A stretch of DNA of 64,000 nucleotides, from the NCBI RefSeq assembly GCF_009914755.1, contig NC_060927.1; one strand, 5' to 3'. Below the pieces are notes generated by a model, which was not told the DNA's origin, did no database searches, and was given only the letters and a program-made list of their open reading frames with translations. Positions 12,910 through 26,458 of this stretch are shown piece after piece. Position 1 is the first letter of the stretch. The number at the start of each line of letters is the position of its first letter. This stretch comes from the human T2T-CHM13v2.0 reference genome, Homo sapiens. A program made the position numbers and the translations under genes.

Positions 12910-13739
12910 TATTAGCTAACAGTTATTGAGTACTTATTAAGTGTTTTCAGCATTCTAAATGCCAAGAAGTATTATCCCACTAATCCTGCAATACATTTTT
13001 ATCCATTTCACAGATGAAGAAACTGAGAGATTAACTGGCCAAGGTCATGCCATCATGTGTGGGATCTAGAATTATACTGAGCGCCTAAAAATGCTATTTT
13101 CCTTTATGAAAAAAATATACAAACACCTCACTACTTTAGCCTTCTTTATTTCTAATAATGTTTTAAGGATCTGGTTCAAATTTTGACATCATATGATTTA
13201 TGGAGAAGATGTATATTTAAAATAAATATGTAATGTTCTACCTTAGTAGAAGTAAGTACCAGGGAGGCAGGAGTCTGATCTTCTGATGATTCTGTATATC
13301 TAACATTAAGCTCAGTGTACAGCATGTAGCAATAACTTATAAAAAGTGCTGAAACAATGTAATATGGTAATTCTTATACCTTCAATGAAAGTCCCCTAAA
13401 ACCTCTGTAAGGTATGTAAATGTATTTCAAATAATTAAAGATTTTATGTTTATATCCCTTGACAAAATAATACTACTCTCGGGATTTAATCCTTAGGAAC
13501 TAATTCAATAGAAGGAAGAGAAAAAACAGATTATGCAAAGAGAAAAAATGTTCATTGCAGTGCTAGCTACAGAAGCAGAGAAATGAGATATACATAAATA
13601 TCCAAAAATAGGGAAAAGGTTAAATTACAATACATTTCTTCATGTGACTTGCAGGTAGCCAATGAAAATGATAAGTTAATTTACCAAGATGAAAAAATTA
13701 GAGCAGGACATAAAAGTTTATTCACAACTTGATTGGGAA

Positions 13740-13945
13740 CATGTTAATGGCCAAGAGTACAGGGTTTAGATTTGGACCTGGACTCGATCCCAGGATCTTT
13801 TACCTTGTCATGCCACCTAGGGCAAGTTGCTTAACTTTCCTAAGTCTCATTCTCCCCTTTAAAATGAGGACAACACTCTCAGAGTCATTGTGGGGACTAA
13901 ATGAGCAACTATGGACAGTGCCTGGGACAGCATCAGGCACACATA
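13740..13945 (+). mobile_element. MIR SINE
   Basis: GGGCAAGTTGCTTAACTTTCCTAAGTCTCATTCTCCCCTTTAAAATGAGGA. Confidence 0.7.
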
Positions 13946-14049
13946 TCTAGTACATATGCATAGGAGCAAGGGCTGGTAGGGAATATGGACAAAGAAAAAA
14001 TAATTGATGCCTTTGGGTAGAAAAACTGTGGCTTAATTTAAATTTTTTT

Positions 14050-15673
14050 TTGATATTTTCCTTTGCTGTGCAAAAGCTCTTTAGTTTGATAAGGTTCCAC
14101 TTGTCTATTTTTGTTTTTGTTGCAATTGCTTCTGAGGACTTAGCCAAAAATTCTTTGCCAAAGCCAGTGTTAAGAAGAGTACTTCTTAGGTTGTCTGTCT
14201 TCCAGGATTTTTATAGTTTGAGGTCTTGTATTTAAGTTTTTAATGTATTTTGAGTTAATTTTTGTATATGGTGGAAGGTAGGGGTCTAGCTTCAATCTTC
14301 TGTGTATAGCCAGCCAGTTATCCCAGCACCATTTATTGATTAGCGATTCCTTTCCCCATTGCTTGTTTTTGTTGGCCTTGTTGAAGATAAGATGGTTGTA
14401 GGTGTATAGGTTTGTTTCTGAGTTTCCTCTTCTGTTCCACTGACCTGTGTGTCTGTTTTTGTACCAGTACCAAGCTGTTTTGGTTACGGTGGCTTTACAG
14501 TATATATATTTTGATGTCAGGTAGTGTGATGCCTCCAGTTTTGTTCTTTTTTTAAGGATTGCTTTGGTTATTTAGGCTCTTTTTTTTGGTCTCATATGAA
14601 TTTTAGAATAGTTTTTATTCTGTGAAGAATGACTTTGGGAGTTTGATAGGAATAGCATTGAATCTGTAAATTGCTTTCAGCAGTATGGCCATTTTTTCTG
14701 ATTTTGATTCTTTCAGTCCATGAGCATGGCATGTCTTTCCATTTATTTGTGTCATCTACAGCCTACAGAATGGAAGAAGATACTCACAAACTATGCATCA
14801 GATAAATGCCTAGTATCCAGAATCAATAGGGAACTTAAATCAACAAGCAAAAATCAAATAACCCCATCAAAATATGGATAAAGGACATGAACAGACACTT
14901 CTCAAAAGAAGACATACAAGTGGCTAACACACATACGGAAAAACGCTCAGCATCACTAATCATCAGAGAAATGCAAATCAAAACACAAAGAGATACCATA
15001 TTATACTAATCAGAATGGCCATTATTAAACAGATGCTGGTAAGACTATGGAGAAAAGGGAGTGCTTATACCCTGTTCATTGGAATGTAAATTAGTTTAGC
15101 CACTGTGGGAAGCAGTCTGGAGATTTCTCAAAGAACTTAAAACAGGGCTACCATTTGACCCAGCAATCCCATCACTGGGTATATACCCAAAAGAAAATAA
15201 ATCATTCTACCGAAAAGACATATGCACTTGTATGTTTATTGCAGTGCTATTTACACTAACAAAGACATGGAATCAACCCAGGTATGCAGCAATGGTAGAT
15301 TGGATAAAGAAAATGTGGTACATATACAACATGGAATACTATACAGCCATAAAAAGAATGAAATCATGTACTTTGCAGCAACATGAATGGAGCTGGAGGC
15401 CATAATCCTAAGCAAATTCATGCAGGAACAAAAAGCAGCTACATACACCATGTCCTCACTTATAAATGGGAGGTAAACATTGAACACACATAGACATAAA
15501 TATGGGAACAATAGAGACTGTGGACTATGAGAGGGTGGCAGGGGGGTGGGTTCGAAAACTACCTATTGAGGGCTATGCTCACTACTAGGGTGATGGGATT
15601 GCAGTATTCCCATGTGACAAATCTGCACATGTACCCTCTCTATCTAAAATAAAAGTTAAAATTAAAAAAAAAA
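14050..15673 (+). mobile_element. L1 (L1PA15/16-like) with a 5' inversion: 14050-14757 antisense ORF2, 14758-15673 sense 3' end
   Basis: Minus-strand [21 protein letters not shown]; strand switch at GTCATCT|ACAGCCTACAGAATGG; ends AAATAAAAGTT..A-tail. Confidence 0.92.
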
Positions 15674-18386
15674 CAATTATAATGGACAAAATAACATAAA
15701 TATACTTCCAAATATTTAAATGGGAAAAAATTGTATTACATGACATATATGCAATAAATAAACAACTAATGGAAAAAGGAAATCGTATTTAAAATATTAA
15801 GGTTAGTCACGTTTAAAATAAATTAAATTTATCTCTTATTTAGACTCCTGTCACTCCAAACAAGTGAAGTCAGCCAAATGGACCATGATGATTTCTCTCA
15901 GGGTAGTCCTGTGAGGGACTGACGCTTCTGTGTCTCCTACTGCTCGTGAACTATTGAGAATCTGCCACCGTTCACTGGTTCACACAATTTCCACAAGACA
16001 AATGTGGAGTTAGACTCATTTTCATGCTATATGGGTATGCAGAATCATGCCCATCTGATGATAACGATGGTGTTGCCTGGTCCTTTGGATTCCTGCTCAC
16101 ATGTGGAAGGTATCTTGTAACCTTCCAGGTTATCAGATCATACACTACTGTTTTTCTTCTTCCTCCTTGTTCATCTTCCTCTTATCAGACTAAAATTTTT
16201 AAAGATGAATTAAAGATGCCTGCATTATTTATCCCTTGACCTGCAAACAACCAGTAACTTCTTGGAATGTTTCAAAACCTAAGCTTTAGTTCTAATAAAC
16301 TTTATTTGGGTGAGCACTTTGCGGGGTCCACCATGCAATATTCAAATCACATTTTTACTAAGAGGAAAATCATTGAGTGTTTAATATATCTGAAGTCATT
16401 ATGATAGAGTTCCATGTAGCAAGAATCAATAATAATTACCTTGGTGTAAATTATTTTCATTCTTTAGGGAAAGCCTCAAGACTCAAAGATATTTTTAGAG
16501 AGAATACTTTTCTGAGTCTTCAACTCAAGCAAATATAAAATCCAGGGTTCAGTGTAAGCTCAAGGCTTGTCACTACCTGCTCAAATGTGAGAGCTGGTGC
16601 TTTAGGCATGCCCAAGTCTGCCAAGAGGCATGCGTCCTCTTATTAGTGGGGGCATTTAATTAAACCAAGACAGTCTTTCTGCCTGACCAGGGCAACTACT
16701 GATGAGAATAAAATTGATGGGAGATGAACAGTTAACAGCAGGAGATACATGGGAACAAGAAATAAAAGAGCCACAGTCAAACTGAAGAATATTGCTGTAG
16801 TATATTATATTTGACATTTGCTGCTGTGTCTAGTAATGCATCCCTTACTTCTCTCTCGCAGCCATGTTACTTCATTATTTTAAATTTTAGAAGCTTTGTT
16901 TTTTAAAAAATGACAAAAATCTATTTTTTGTTCCTCATTAGGGTGCATATTTAATTGAGTTCCTCTGTTCATTATATTTGAATGTTGCCATTCAACCAGA
17001 GGAAGGCTGGCAAAAATCATGTAAATGGCTATGCCTGGCTTTTCCAAAGTATTTAAAATTCTGTCGTTGTTTCCATAAGCCACAGACGGTGGGTTATATT
17101 TCATGGACAGACAGTGCATTCTTCTCTTGGGGTTTTTATGGACAGACTGTATAAAATGATAACACAATGAATGGGGTACCAGCTCTACTATATCAAGGGC
17201 TTAAATCAGCTATTTCAGACAGAAACTCAATGTGGTAGAGCACGTTTCAAATAGGTTTGCAGGTACAGGCTATCACACAAAATTTCTACATCTTTTGTGA
17301 TTAATTCTCATGAAAGGTTAATGACATTTTTTACAATAAATTAGAGCTAAGGTTAGGGAGATTTTGGTAATATAGATTCAGGTGGTGACCTGAATAAAAT
17401 TGATAAGATTTGCATGCTGGAATTGAAATAGAGATATGATCCATCTTCAAAATGACAAGGGTTTGGATGATTGTGGAGATATAGCAAAGGTGAATCTTCT
17501 ACTTACCTATTCATAGTCCTTCCCATATCATATGATAGTTTTTATGATTTTATAATGCCATCTTTACTAGAGCACATTCCCCCACTTCCATGCTCTCCTT
17601 TCCTAAAGGGAAGTTTCTTCTCTGCAATTGTTTAAATGAAGCTATTTTAAGGTTAATTTATAATTAACCCGAAGTGAATCATAGTCATTAGAGCTTCCTT
17701 TTTGCTGTTTGTTTTAAATCTGTTTTGGAAAAAATGGTTTAAAGTGATTTCTTAAAGCTATCTCTAAGGAGTGTGAAGAAACATCTATTTGCAATTAATG
17801 ATGCAGAAAATCAAGAATTACCCCCAGTTTGCCAGTGAAGAATATTTTGCATCAGTTTGAAATTCTCTTTAATGGAAAAAAATCAAAGGGAGTTAATTTT
17901 TATGCATAGCCTTTGATACAAACTTAAATTTCTAGCTACCCAGGTGTGATATGTGATCCAGATCATTTTTCCAGTTGTATTTCTCTTGAGAATCCTAAGT
18001 TTTGGTGTAGGATTTCTTTATTCAGAATGATTATGGCTAATAATCTATAATTATTAAATTTAATAATCAAATGCAACACTCAATATTGCAATAATATATT
18101 ACGTAATATACACCAAAATATTTGTTCTAAATCATTGAAAGAATTTCTGTATTCTATGAGCTTCTCATTTAATCTTTTTCTAATTATTGTGATTTGTATA
18201 CTTGCAAAGAAATCATATTGTGCAATGCACTGGAAAGTACCATATTTTGACTATCTAAAAAATAATAGGGAAAATGCAACTTCAAATACTCATAAATTAT
18301 GATACTCTTCATGATCAATCTGTTTTATTTATTTTCTTATTTATGTCTCATTCACTCCCAAGAAGGAGATAAGGTGGCTTATAGTT

Positions 18387-18502
18387 AGAGTGACCATATA
18401 ATTTATCTTCCAAACTTTTGAGAGTGAAAGTTTAATCATCATGCTGGGGCAAAAGACATAAGCTAGCACTATCCCAGGAAAGGTGGAAGATATAGTCATA
18501 CC
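18387..18502. mobile_element. MER94-like hAT MITE
   Basis: AGAGTGACCATATAATTTATCTTCCAAACTTTTGAGAGTGAAAG...ACTATCCCAGG..ATAGTCATACC. Confidence 0.7.
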
Positions 18503-18716
18503 AAAAATCTCAAATACAATAAAACCATAGCCTAGACAACACAACATAAAAGGGCAAGGAAGTTATAAGACAGAGTATTGTACATTGTGTCTGGAAAGAC
18601 ATTCAAGCATGCTTGCTTGGTTTTGGTCTTTCTAGACACGACATACAGTATATCACTTAGCAGGTTATGAGCCAGGGATCTCCTATATTAATATTTTCTA
18701 AGTCATAAGGAATCCC

Positions 18717-19135
18717 GTATTAGCTAGGGTAGGCTAGCTGCTATAAAAAGGAACTCTACAATCTCAGTGGCATAAGACCATAAATGTTCATTTCTCACTC
18801 ACATCAATGTTCATCACAGATTGGTGAGAAAGTGGTGATCTATGGGCCATGGCTCAGTAACCTAGGCAGACAAAGGTTCCCTTCTTTTGAACTTGGCACA
18901 AGAAAGGAAGCCTTAGGTTAAAAACAGTCAGCCAAAAAAATGTCAGAAGAGAAAGTGTGTGGAGGATTGCATGGAATTTTGTGCCAATTTCGCAAGTGAC
19001 GTGCATCACCTCCTCCCACATAGGTCCAAAACTCAATTTCATTATCCCATCTAACTGCAAGGGGAACTGGGAACAATGTTCTGACTGTCTACTCAGGATG
19101 AAGTGGAAATGGGGTTTGGTGAGCACCTATCAATC
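18717..19135 (-). mobile_element. Old MaLR LTR (MLT1J/K/L-like)
   Basis: GTATTAGCTAGGGTAGGCTAGCTGCTATAA..ATCTCAGTGGC..TTTCTCACTCACAT..CTAACTGCAAGGGGAACTGGGAA. Confidence 0.65.
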
Positions 19136-20033
19136 TCTCTCTCTCTCCCCATTTTGGTCACCAAGCACTCATTTCACACTTCATCCTTTAGGCAGAATGA
19201 GGAAATCTGAATCCCTGCGTGGACTTCAGAGTCTAGAATCTCTGGGAGGTGCCTGGTCCAACTTAACAGCTTCAGAGGTGGCTTCTTACCACCTGCTGAC
19301 CTATGAATTAAAAAGGCAAAAATTATCAACTCACCCTCCTCTGTACCTTCAGCAAACCATAGCAGAACAAGGATAAACACCATGGCTGGCATTTTTCAAC
19401 AGGGAAAAACAGATAATCAATAGTCAGCTAGAAAGCATTTTTCTTACCTTTGCTTTTGCAGATCCTTGCATTATTCTTTAATTTCAATCACAAATGTCAT
19501 ATCCTTTCTTTTTTGCTATTATTCATCTTGAGAAATTGCCAAAGTATTTGTATCATATTAAGAACCTATTAAATCTGTTTGGTCTCTTGTAGCTCAGATT
19601 AGCAACTATGAAGCTACTTAGTAAAATACTCTATAGTCCTTATTATTTAAAGCATATAATGGAGTTAACAACAAAAAGCTTCTTTATCAGTGATTTATAA
19701 GGATTACAGAAGAAGATTTACGAGCTCTAGAAGAGTTGAGGAAATTACTTCTGAAGCAAGATACGCAGGAAAGAAAGAAATAGTACAAAAGCAAAGTTCT
19801 TTGGTTTCATGACATTTAAATTATTGTTAACTGGCATATATTGGTCTGTGCCTCCCTAAACTTGGGCACTTTCTGTTTGTTTTTCTGTTTAGTGCCTAGG
19901 GACCATAATGACAGCCACTACATTTTGTTGGCACAAATGCCACTGCTGCAGAGAACTGAGAAAATATGTGAAACTTTGATAATATTTGTTGAAGATTTTA
20001 AGTCCTGAAATAAGAAGTAAGTAGTTGTATGCA

Positions 20034-20640
20034 AACATTTTAAATTTCAAAATAATTTTAGATTCACAAGAGTTGCAATCCTAGTACAGAGAGTTTCTGT
20101 ATACCCTGCATCCAGTTTCTCCTCATGTTAACATCTAATGTAGCCAGGTACAGTTATCAAAGTAAGAAATTCAAACTGGCATAATATAACTGACCAAACC
20201 ACAGACTTCATTTAGATCATTATTTTTCCCACTAATTTTTTTTTTCTGTTCTGGCATCTAATCCAGGATCCCACATTAAATTCTGTTGGCATGTCTCCTT
20301 AATCTCCTCTAATCTGCAACTGGTCCTCATTATTGCCTTGTTTTCTATCACCTTAACTCCTTTGAAGAATACTATCAGGTATTTTGTAGAATGTCCCACA
20401 ATTTTGGTTTGCCTGATGTTTTCTCAGGGTTAGACTTAGGTTATGAATTTGGGAGAATACCACAGAGGTAAAGTGCGTGCTTTGCTGTGTCATATAAGGA
20501 GCCACATGATATTACCCTGACTTATCACTAGTGATATTATCTTTGTTCACTTGTATAAAGTGATATCTGTCAGGTTTCTTTATGGTAAAGGTACTATTTT
20601 TCTTTTTGTAATTAATAGATATTCAGGGAGATAGTTTGGG
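20034..20640 (-). mobile_element. L1MC-type 3' end
   Basis: AAATAATTTTAGATTCACAAGAGTTGCAA..ATCCAGGATCCCACATT..TTTTGTAGAATGTCCC. Confidence 0.8.
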
Positions 20641-20919
20641 TCAGTGCTTGCATTTTATCTTTCACTGCAGACACCTGCTTTTCCCTAGGTTCTGAGTAGT
20701 TGCTGGCCCTACAACCTCAGCATTCTGATGGGTAGAAGTTTGTAAACTTACTGTTTGTCAGTAATTTTGTCGTAAGCTTGAGAATAGCACTGTTTCCATC
20801 TCAGCAGAAACTGGAAGTCCAGTATTTGGAGTTCAAATAAGTGCTCTTCATATTAACTGTTATTGTTAGTTGTCAGAAGATCAATACTCCATTTCATTCT
20901 AGAAGATCAGTCTTAGTCA

Positions 20920-21357
20920 AATTTCATCATCCCGTTTCTTCTGCTAGTGATGTGCTTTGGAATCAGTATGTGACTGACTTGTAGCCAATGAGATATGAGA
21001 GGAAGCATGCTCTTGTTTTCCTAAGGAAAAATTCTTTTCTCTTAATAGGGGAAAATAAGTAAAAGATAGTTCACCTTCTACCTCTGGACATAGGTATGTC
21101 TGGATATATTGCTTAAAACTGTGGCTACCATTTTGTTTCCAATATGAAACTGAGGCCAACACTGAAAACAGCAAAACAAAAGCAGGAAAGAACCTGGATC
21201 TTTGATCATATTACTAAGCTGTCATTCCAATCAACCATGGTACTGAGCCTACCTATGGATTTCTAGTTACGAGCAATAGTAAATTTCTTTATTGTTTAAG
21301 CCAATTTGAGTTTTGGTATTTCAATTACTTGGATCCCAATGGCTTATAGCTGATATC
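20920..21357 (+). mobile_element. Old MaLR LTR (MLT1-like)
   Basis: GTAGCCAATGAGATATGAGAGGAAG..AAAGAACCTGGATCTTTGAT..TTATTGTTTAAGCCAATTTGAGTTTTGG..TTACTTG..CTGATATCA. Confidence 0.65.
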
Positions 21358-21399
21358 ACCACTTTAAGGAAAGTATGATTTTTATGCAAATATATTACA

Positions 21400-22050
21400 G
21401 CCTATTTATCTGTTCTATTGTTAATGGGCATTTGGATTATTTCCAGTTTTATTGTTTAGGAACTGTGCGGCTATGAACATTCTAATAGATGTCTTTTGTT
21501 GGAATGTCCACATTTCTTTTGCATGTACATATAGCCAAGAATGAAATTGCTCAGTTAGAAACAATGTTCATGTTAGGTTTTAGTAGCTATTGCGAAAAGC
21601 TTTTCTAAAGGGTTTATATTAATTTACACTCTTACCAGAAATGTATGAGAGTTATAGTTGCTCCATGTCCTTGTCAACACTTGGTACTATCAGTCTTTTT
21701 TTTAGGACTTCTTTTTTTTTTTTTTTTTTGAGATGGAGTCTCACTGTGTCACCCAGGCTGGAGTGCAGTGGCACAATCTGGGCTCACTGCAAGCTCCGCC
21801 TCCCGGGTTCACGCCATTCTCCTGCCTCAGCTGCCTGAGTAGCTGGGACTACAGGCACCCACCACTATGCCCGGCTAATTTTTTGTATTTTTTTGTATTT
21901 TCTTTCTTTTTTTTTTTTTTAGTAGAGACAGGGTTTCACTGTGTTAGCCAGGATGGTCTCGATCTCCTGACCTCATGATCCACCCACCTCAGCCTCCCAA
22001 AGTGTTTAGGACTTCTAATGCTTGTATAAGTATAGTAGTATCACATTGTG
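21400..22050 (-). mobile_element. Old L1M fragment hosting an AluY
   Basis: GGGCATTTGGATTATTTCCAGTTT..GCTATGAACATTCT..AATTTACACTCTTACCAG..TGTATGAGAGTT. Confidence 0.75.
21712..22004 (-). mobile_element. AluY, slightly 5'-truncated
   Basis: Y diagnostics GCAAGCTCCGCCTCCCGGGTTCACGCCATTC and GTTAGCCAGGATGGTCTCGATCTCC; TSD TTAGGACTTCT on both sides. Confidence 0.96.
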
Positions 22051-22655
22051 ACTAATGATTTTTATATATATATTCATAATTATATCAGTTCTAAAGTAAT
22101 GTCTATATACTTTATCATTTTAGAACCATAGCCTAAGTATAAATTGTTGGGAAACCATTAGAAGACAGTTAATAGTCATGCAAACTTAAGTAGAAGGTAA
22201 GAGAAATAAGAAGGGAGAGATATTAAACTTAAGTGTATGTTGTTCTATAAATAAGCTCTAGTCTATTTCTAAGGGTAGGTTTTGTTTTGTAGAGTAGAAC
22301 AGCAAGATTAAAACAAAAGACAGAAACTGCTCCAACTTATGACATGTTAGACATAAAACATACTCATCAGTAGGAGAGACATAAAAAGGCACAGTGAAAA
22401 GAAGGGTCTTCATCAAGTCACTTATTTTTTTGTCGGGGAGGGGGTGGGGGCTTATCTGTAAAGTGAGGAAATGGAGTTAGAAGATTTTCCTACTTTCTTC
22501 ACATTCTTTTAATGTAAATATTTCTTGTCATCCACATCAGACCGTGAGACTAAGTCTGAGGCAAGGAGGGCTCCTAAGGCTCAAATCATTGCCTATGACC
22601 CCTGGAGATCAGGTACCTAGATGGTAGGATTTCTTTGGTTCTTTGGTTCAAATCC

Positions 22656-23094
22656 ATATTAGTCAGGGTTCTCTTAGAGCGACAGAACTAATAGGATATA
22701 TATATATATCTATAAAGGGAAGTTTATTAAGTATTAACTTACACGGTCACAAGGTTCCACCATAGGCTGTCTGCAAGCTGAGGAGCAAGGAGAGCCAGTC
22801 CGAGTCTCAAAACTGAAGAACTTGGAGTTTGATGTTCGAGGGCAGGAAACATCCAGCACAGGAGAAAGATGTAGGGTGGGAGGCTAGGCCCATCTCTCTT
22901 TTTCACATTTTTCCGCCTGCTTATATTTGCTGGAAGCTGATTAGATTGTGCCCACCAGATTAACAGTAGATCTGCCTTCCCCAGCCCACTGACTCAAATG
23001 TCAATCTCTATTGGCAATACTCAGAGACATATACAGGATTAATACTTTGTATCCCTCAATCCAATCAAGTTGACACTCAGTATTAACCGTCACA
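22656..23094 (-). mobile_element. MLT2A LTR (3' LTR of the HERV-L provirus)
   Basis: TATTAGTCAGGGTTCTC..GACAGAACTAATAGGA..CAATCCAATCAAGTTGACACTCAGTATTAACCGTCACA; adjacent polypurine tract on the minus strand (AAGGGATGGACT). Confidence 0.93.
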
Positions 23095-23638
23095 AGTCCA
23101 TCCCTTGTCAACTTGAACCTGTACACATCTCTTGAGATCATACATAATCTTCAAATAAAGATAATAATGAGGTAATAATTACACCTAACATAATACAACC
23201 AGCCTTCGTACAACTGGAAATGCATCAATCCCAAACCCAAGTACAATTACATAAAGTTAACAATACTTAAAGGCTTATATGAAGTCAATAAATCTTACGT
23301 CACATGATAAAAGAAAAGGAAATGAAGATATTTTCTTAGTACAAGTATATACATGCACAAACATGTTTTTAACAAAAGAAGGAGGAAATACTCATGACAG
23401 TTACAGTCCTTGTTTCTGCAGCTGGTCACGTGGCTGTAGCTGGTATTTATGACTACCTTCTTCTACTACCCATTCTGTATTCCCTTTGCCTTCAGCAAGC
23501 ACCTCAGTAGGTTGTGGGCGTTCTTCCTGGTGGAGTAACCTAAACCTTCATACCTGAAAGGTCTGGGTCATTTGTAGTCCTGCCTGGATTGTACTGTTGT
23601 AGTTTCCCATTGACCTTAATCACAGAGCATGGTAATAC

Positions 23639-23900
23639 TCAGAGACGCCCTAATGGATCTCCTGTATTCCATGCATACTCTACTCCATTGTGGAGTAGTA
23701 GACTGATTTCATCTTGATAGTCTGGGTCAATCACCCCAGCCAACACTGTAACTTCCTTCTTAGACTGTTGACTTAAAGGTAGGAGAAGCCCAAAGTGTCC
23801 AGGTGGCAATCTTAACTTCCAGTTTAATGGAATTGTTGTTGTGTCTCCTGGTGGCAGTGTTCCTCCCTCTGGAACTAAGACCTCTAGGCCAGCAGAACAT
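23639..23900 (-). pseudogene. HERV-L dUTPase remnant
   Basis: LPPGDTTTIPLNWKLRLPPGHFGLLLP..VTVLAGVIDPDYQDEISLLLHN (dUTPase motif 3-like GVIDxDY). Confidence 0.9.
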
Positions 23901-24138
23901 AATGTCGTGGGAACAGGAAGCAAAAATTTTGCCAGTAGATCACTGGGGTGATGGTGAGTGTTGCCACTTCCACTTCCACCCATTGATTCCCGGACCCATG
24001 AATCCTGGTTATGGGAGAAACAGTACCATATGTTGGATACTGGTTCAGAGCATACATGGTCTTCTGGAGAGCTTTGCCCCAGCCCTGCAAAGTATTGTCA
24101 CCTAGTTGGCATTGTAATTGTGACTTCAAAAGGCCATT

Positions 24139-24820
24139 CTACTGTTCTATCTGTCTAGCTACTTCAGGATGATGGGGAACATGGTAAAACCAGTGAATTC
24201 CATGAGCACAAGCCCACTGGCGCACTTCTTTAGCTGTAGAGTGAGTGCCTTGGTCAGAGACAATGCTGTGTGGAATACTATGACAGTGGACAAGATATTC
24301 TGTGAGTCTATGGTTAGTAGTCTTGGCAGAAGCATTATGTTCAGGATAGGCAATCCCATATCTGGAGTAAGTGTCTATTCCAGTGAGGACAAACCTCTGC
24401 CCTTTCCATGATGGAAGAATTCCAATATAATCAGCCTGCCACCAGGTAGCTGGCTGGTCATCCCCAGGAATGGTGCCATATCGAGGGTTCAGTGTTGGTC
24501 TCTGCTGCTGGCAAATTGGGCACTCAGGAGTGGCTGTAGCCAGGTCATCCTTGGCGAGTAGAAGTCCATGCTGCTGAGCCCATGTGTAACCTCCATCCCT
24601 GCCACCATGGCCACTTTGTTCATGGGTCCATTGGGTCATGACAGGAGTGGCTGTGGAAAGAGGCTGAGTGGTGTCCACAGAATGGGTCATCCTATCCACT
24701 TGATTATTAAACTCCTCCTCCACTGAGGTCACCTGCTGATAGGCACTCACATGGCATACAAATATTTTCACAGTTTTTGACCACTCAGAGAGGTCCATCC
24801 ACATACCTCTTCCCCAAATT
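24139..24820 (-). pseudogene. HERV-L integrase remnant (RNase H C-terminus, HHCC domain and DDE core)
   Basis: HVSAY..NNQVD; HEQSGHGG..CPIC; WQADYIG; SDQG; QIE followed by a premature stop. Confidence 0.92.
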
Positions 24821-24962
24821 TCTGTCACCAATTTTCCAACCATGCTTCTTCCAAGTCCCTGACCATCCAACCAAACCATTGGCTGCAGCCCATGAATCAG
24901 TAATATAATCACACATCTGGATATTTCTTCTTCCATGTAAAGTGCACAACCAGGTGCACTGC

Positions 24963-25430
24963 TCAAAGCTCTGCCCACTGGGAAGATTTCCCTTCACTGC
25001 TGTCCTTCAGGGATGTCCTGGAAAGGGGCTGTAGTGCTGCAGCTGTCCACTTTTGGGTGGTGCCTGCATATCGTGCAGAACCATCTGTGAACCAGGCCCT
25101 AGTTTTCTCTTCCTCTGTCAATTGATAATAGGGAACTCCCCCTGAGGCCATCAGTGCAGGCTGGGAAAGAGAAGGCAGGGTGGCAGGAGTGGAGACCATG
25201 GGCATTTGAGCCACTTCCTCATGTAACTTACTTGTGCCTTCAGGGCCTGCTCGAGCCCGATCAGGTAGATACCACTTCCATCTGATTATGGAATGCTGCT
25301 GAGCATGACCCACTTTATGGCTAGATGGGTCATAAAGCACCCAGTTCATGATAGGCAGTTCAGGTTGCATGGTGAGTTGATGACCCATAGTCAAACATTC
25401 AGTTTCCACCAAAGCCCAGTAACAGGCCAT
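24963..25430 (-). pseudogene. HERV-L pol connection/RNase H N-terminal remnant
   Basis: RWKWY..RAWFTDGSA..SSQWAEL. Confidence 0.9.
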
Positions 25431-25587
25431 GAGCTGTCTCTCAAAAGGAAGGTAGTTATCTGCAGAAGATGGCAGGGCCTTGCTCCAAAATCCTAGAGGC
25501 CTCTGCTGTGATTAATCTATAGGAGCCTGCCAAAGGTTCAAACAGCATCCCTATCTGCCACTGACACCTCAGGCATCATTGGATCTG

Positions 25588-25667
25588 AATGAAAATAGAA
25601 TTTCATTCTATTTTCTTTCCAAATAATTACAATTGATAGAGACTGAAAAAAATGTATAGTGCCCAGT
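25588..25667 (+). repeat. ~80-bp non-viral insertion in HERV-L pol, copied from about 26710-26776, with an 11-bp fold-back
   Basis: ATTTCATTCTATTTTC..CCAAATAATTA..TGATAGAGACTGAAAAAA..TAGTGCCC is shared with 26710-26776; GAAAATAGAAT-TTC-ATTCTATTTTC hairpin at 25591-25615. Confidence 0.9.
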
Positions 25668-26458
25668 GGTCATATGGCCCAAGTGGCAGAGCAGCTTGCA
25701 TAGCAGTCTGGATCTGTTGCAGAGCCTTCTCCTGTTCTGGACCCCACTCACCATCTGAATGTGAGCTTTGGTGATATGAGATATGGACACTTCTCTGGAG
25801 AAAAGGGTTCATTTTCTCCTTAGGCTGAAACTCATACTTGTGAGCAGCAATAAAGGTCAGTGTAACAAAGGTTGGGGCATGAAAAGCTCCATTGTTTGTT
25901 TTGAAAAGAGAGAGCTCATTATAAGACAAATGACTATTTGGACTCAAAAACTTCTGACAGAAACATATCTGCACATTGGTAACTTAAATATCTGTTACAA
26001 ATGTCTGTGCAAGTCTCTATGTTTATTTAGGGTGACCCTTTAAGATCATGGATTGTGACTGAGAACTGGACCAGACAATTTATTCAATGGATATGTTAAA
26101 GTTCTATTAAAATGTCAATGAGAGAAACATTTTCTTGGGCAGTGATGTTAATATTTAAAGTCTGGTTGGATAAGCAGATATTTTCTCTGGCATTAAGTCT
26201 TCATTTTCTATTTGCTTTGAAATTTGTTGCTCTTTTTTTTGAAAACATCTATCCACATGTTGTTTCCTAGTTTTCAAGTAAAATTCATGATAAAAGCATT
26301 TCCTCCTTTTTTATAATCATGGTTTACTCCTCATTTGAATCTGTCAAGCAATATTTAGTGTTGGCCAATTAAGTGTTTTAGCACTTCACAGATCTGCTCT
26401 GTTGATATTCTAGTAGTATCACATCATGGCACAGATAATGAGACATAGGTTTGCTTGG

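Larger units (their letters stand above)
23095..25751 (-). mobile_element. HERV-L internal sequence (3' half of pol plus dUTPase); no gag or 5' LTR
   Basis: Minus-strand ORFs with RNase H, integrase and dUTPase motifs in ERV-L order; similarity ends abruptly at about 25751. Confidence 0.95.

Noticed and set aside
15880-16250. Exon-like unique segment with a minus-strand acceptor (TTGTTTGCAG) and an 8-bp hairpin at about 16104-16127
   Set aside because: No long frame or linked exon can be supported, and the hairpin is within chance expectation.
19448-19565. Possible minus-strand exon (AG...AAG|GTAAGA)
   Set aside because: All three frames contain stops and the acceptor lacks a polypyrimidine tract.
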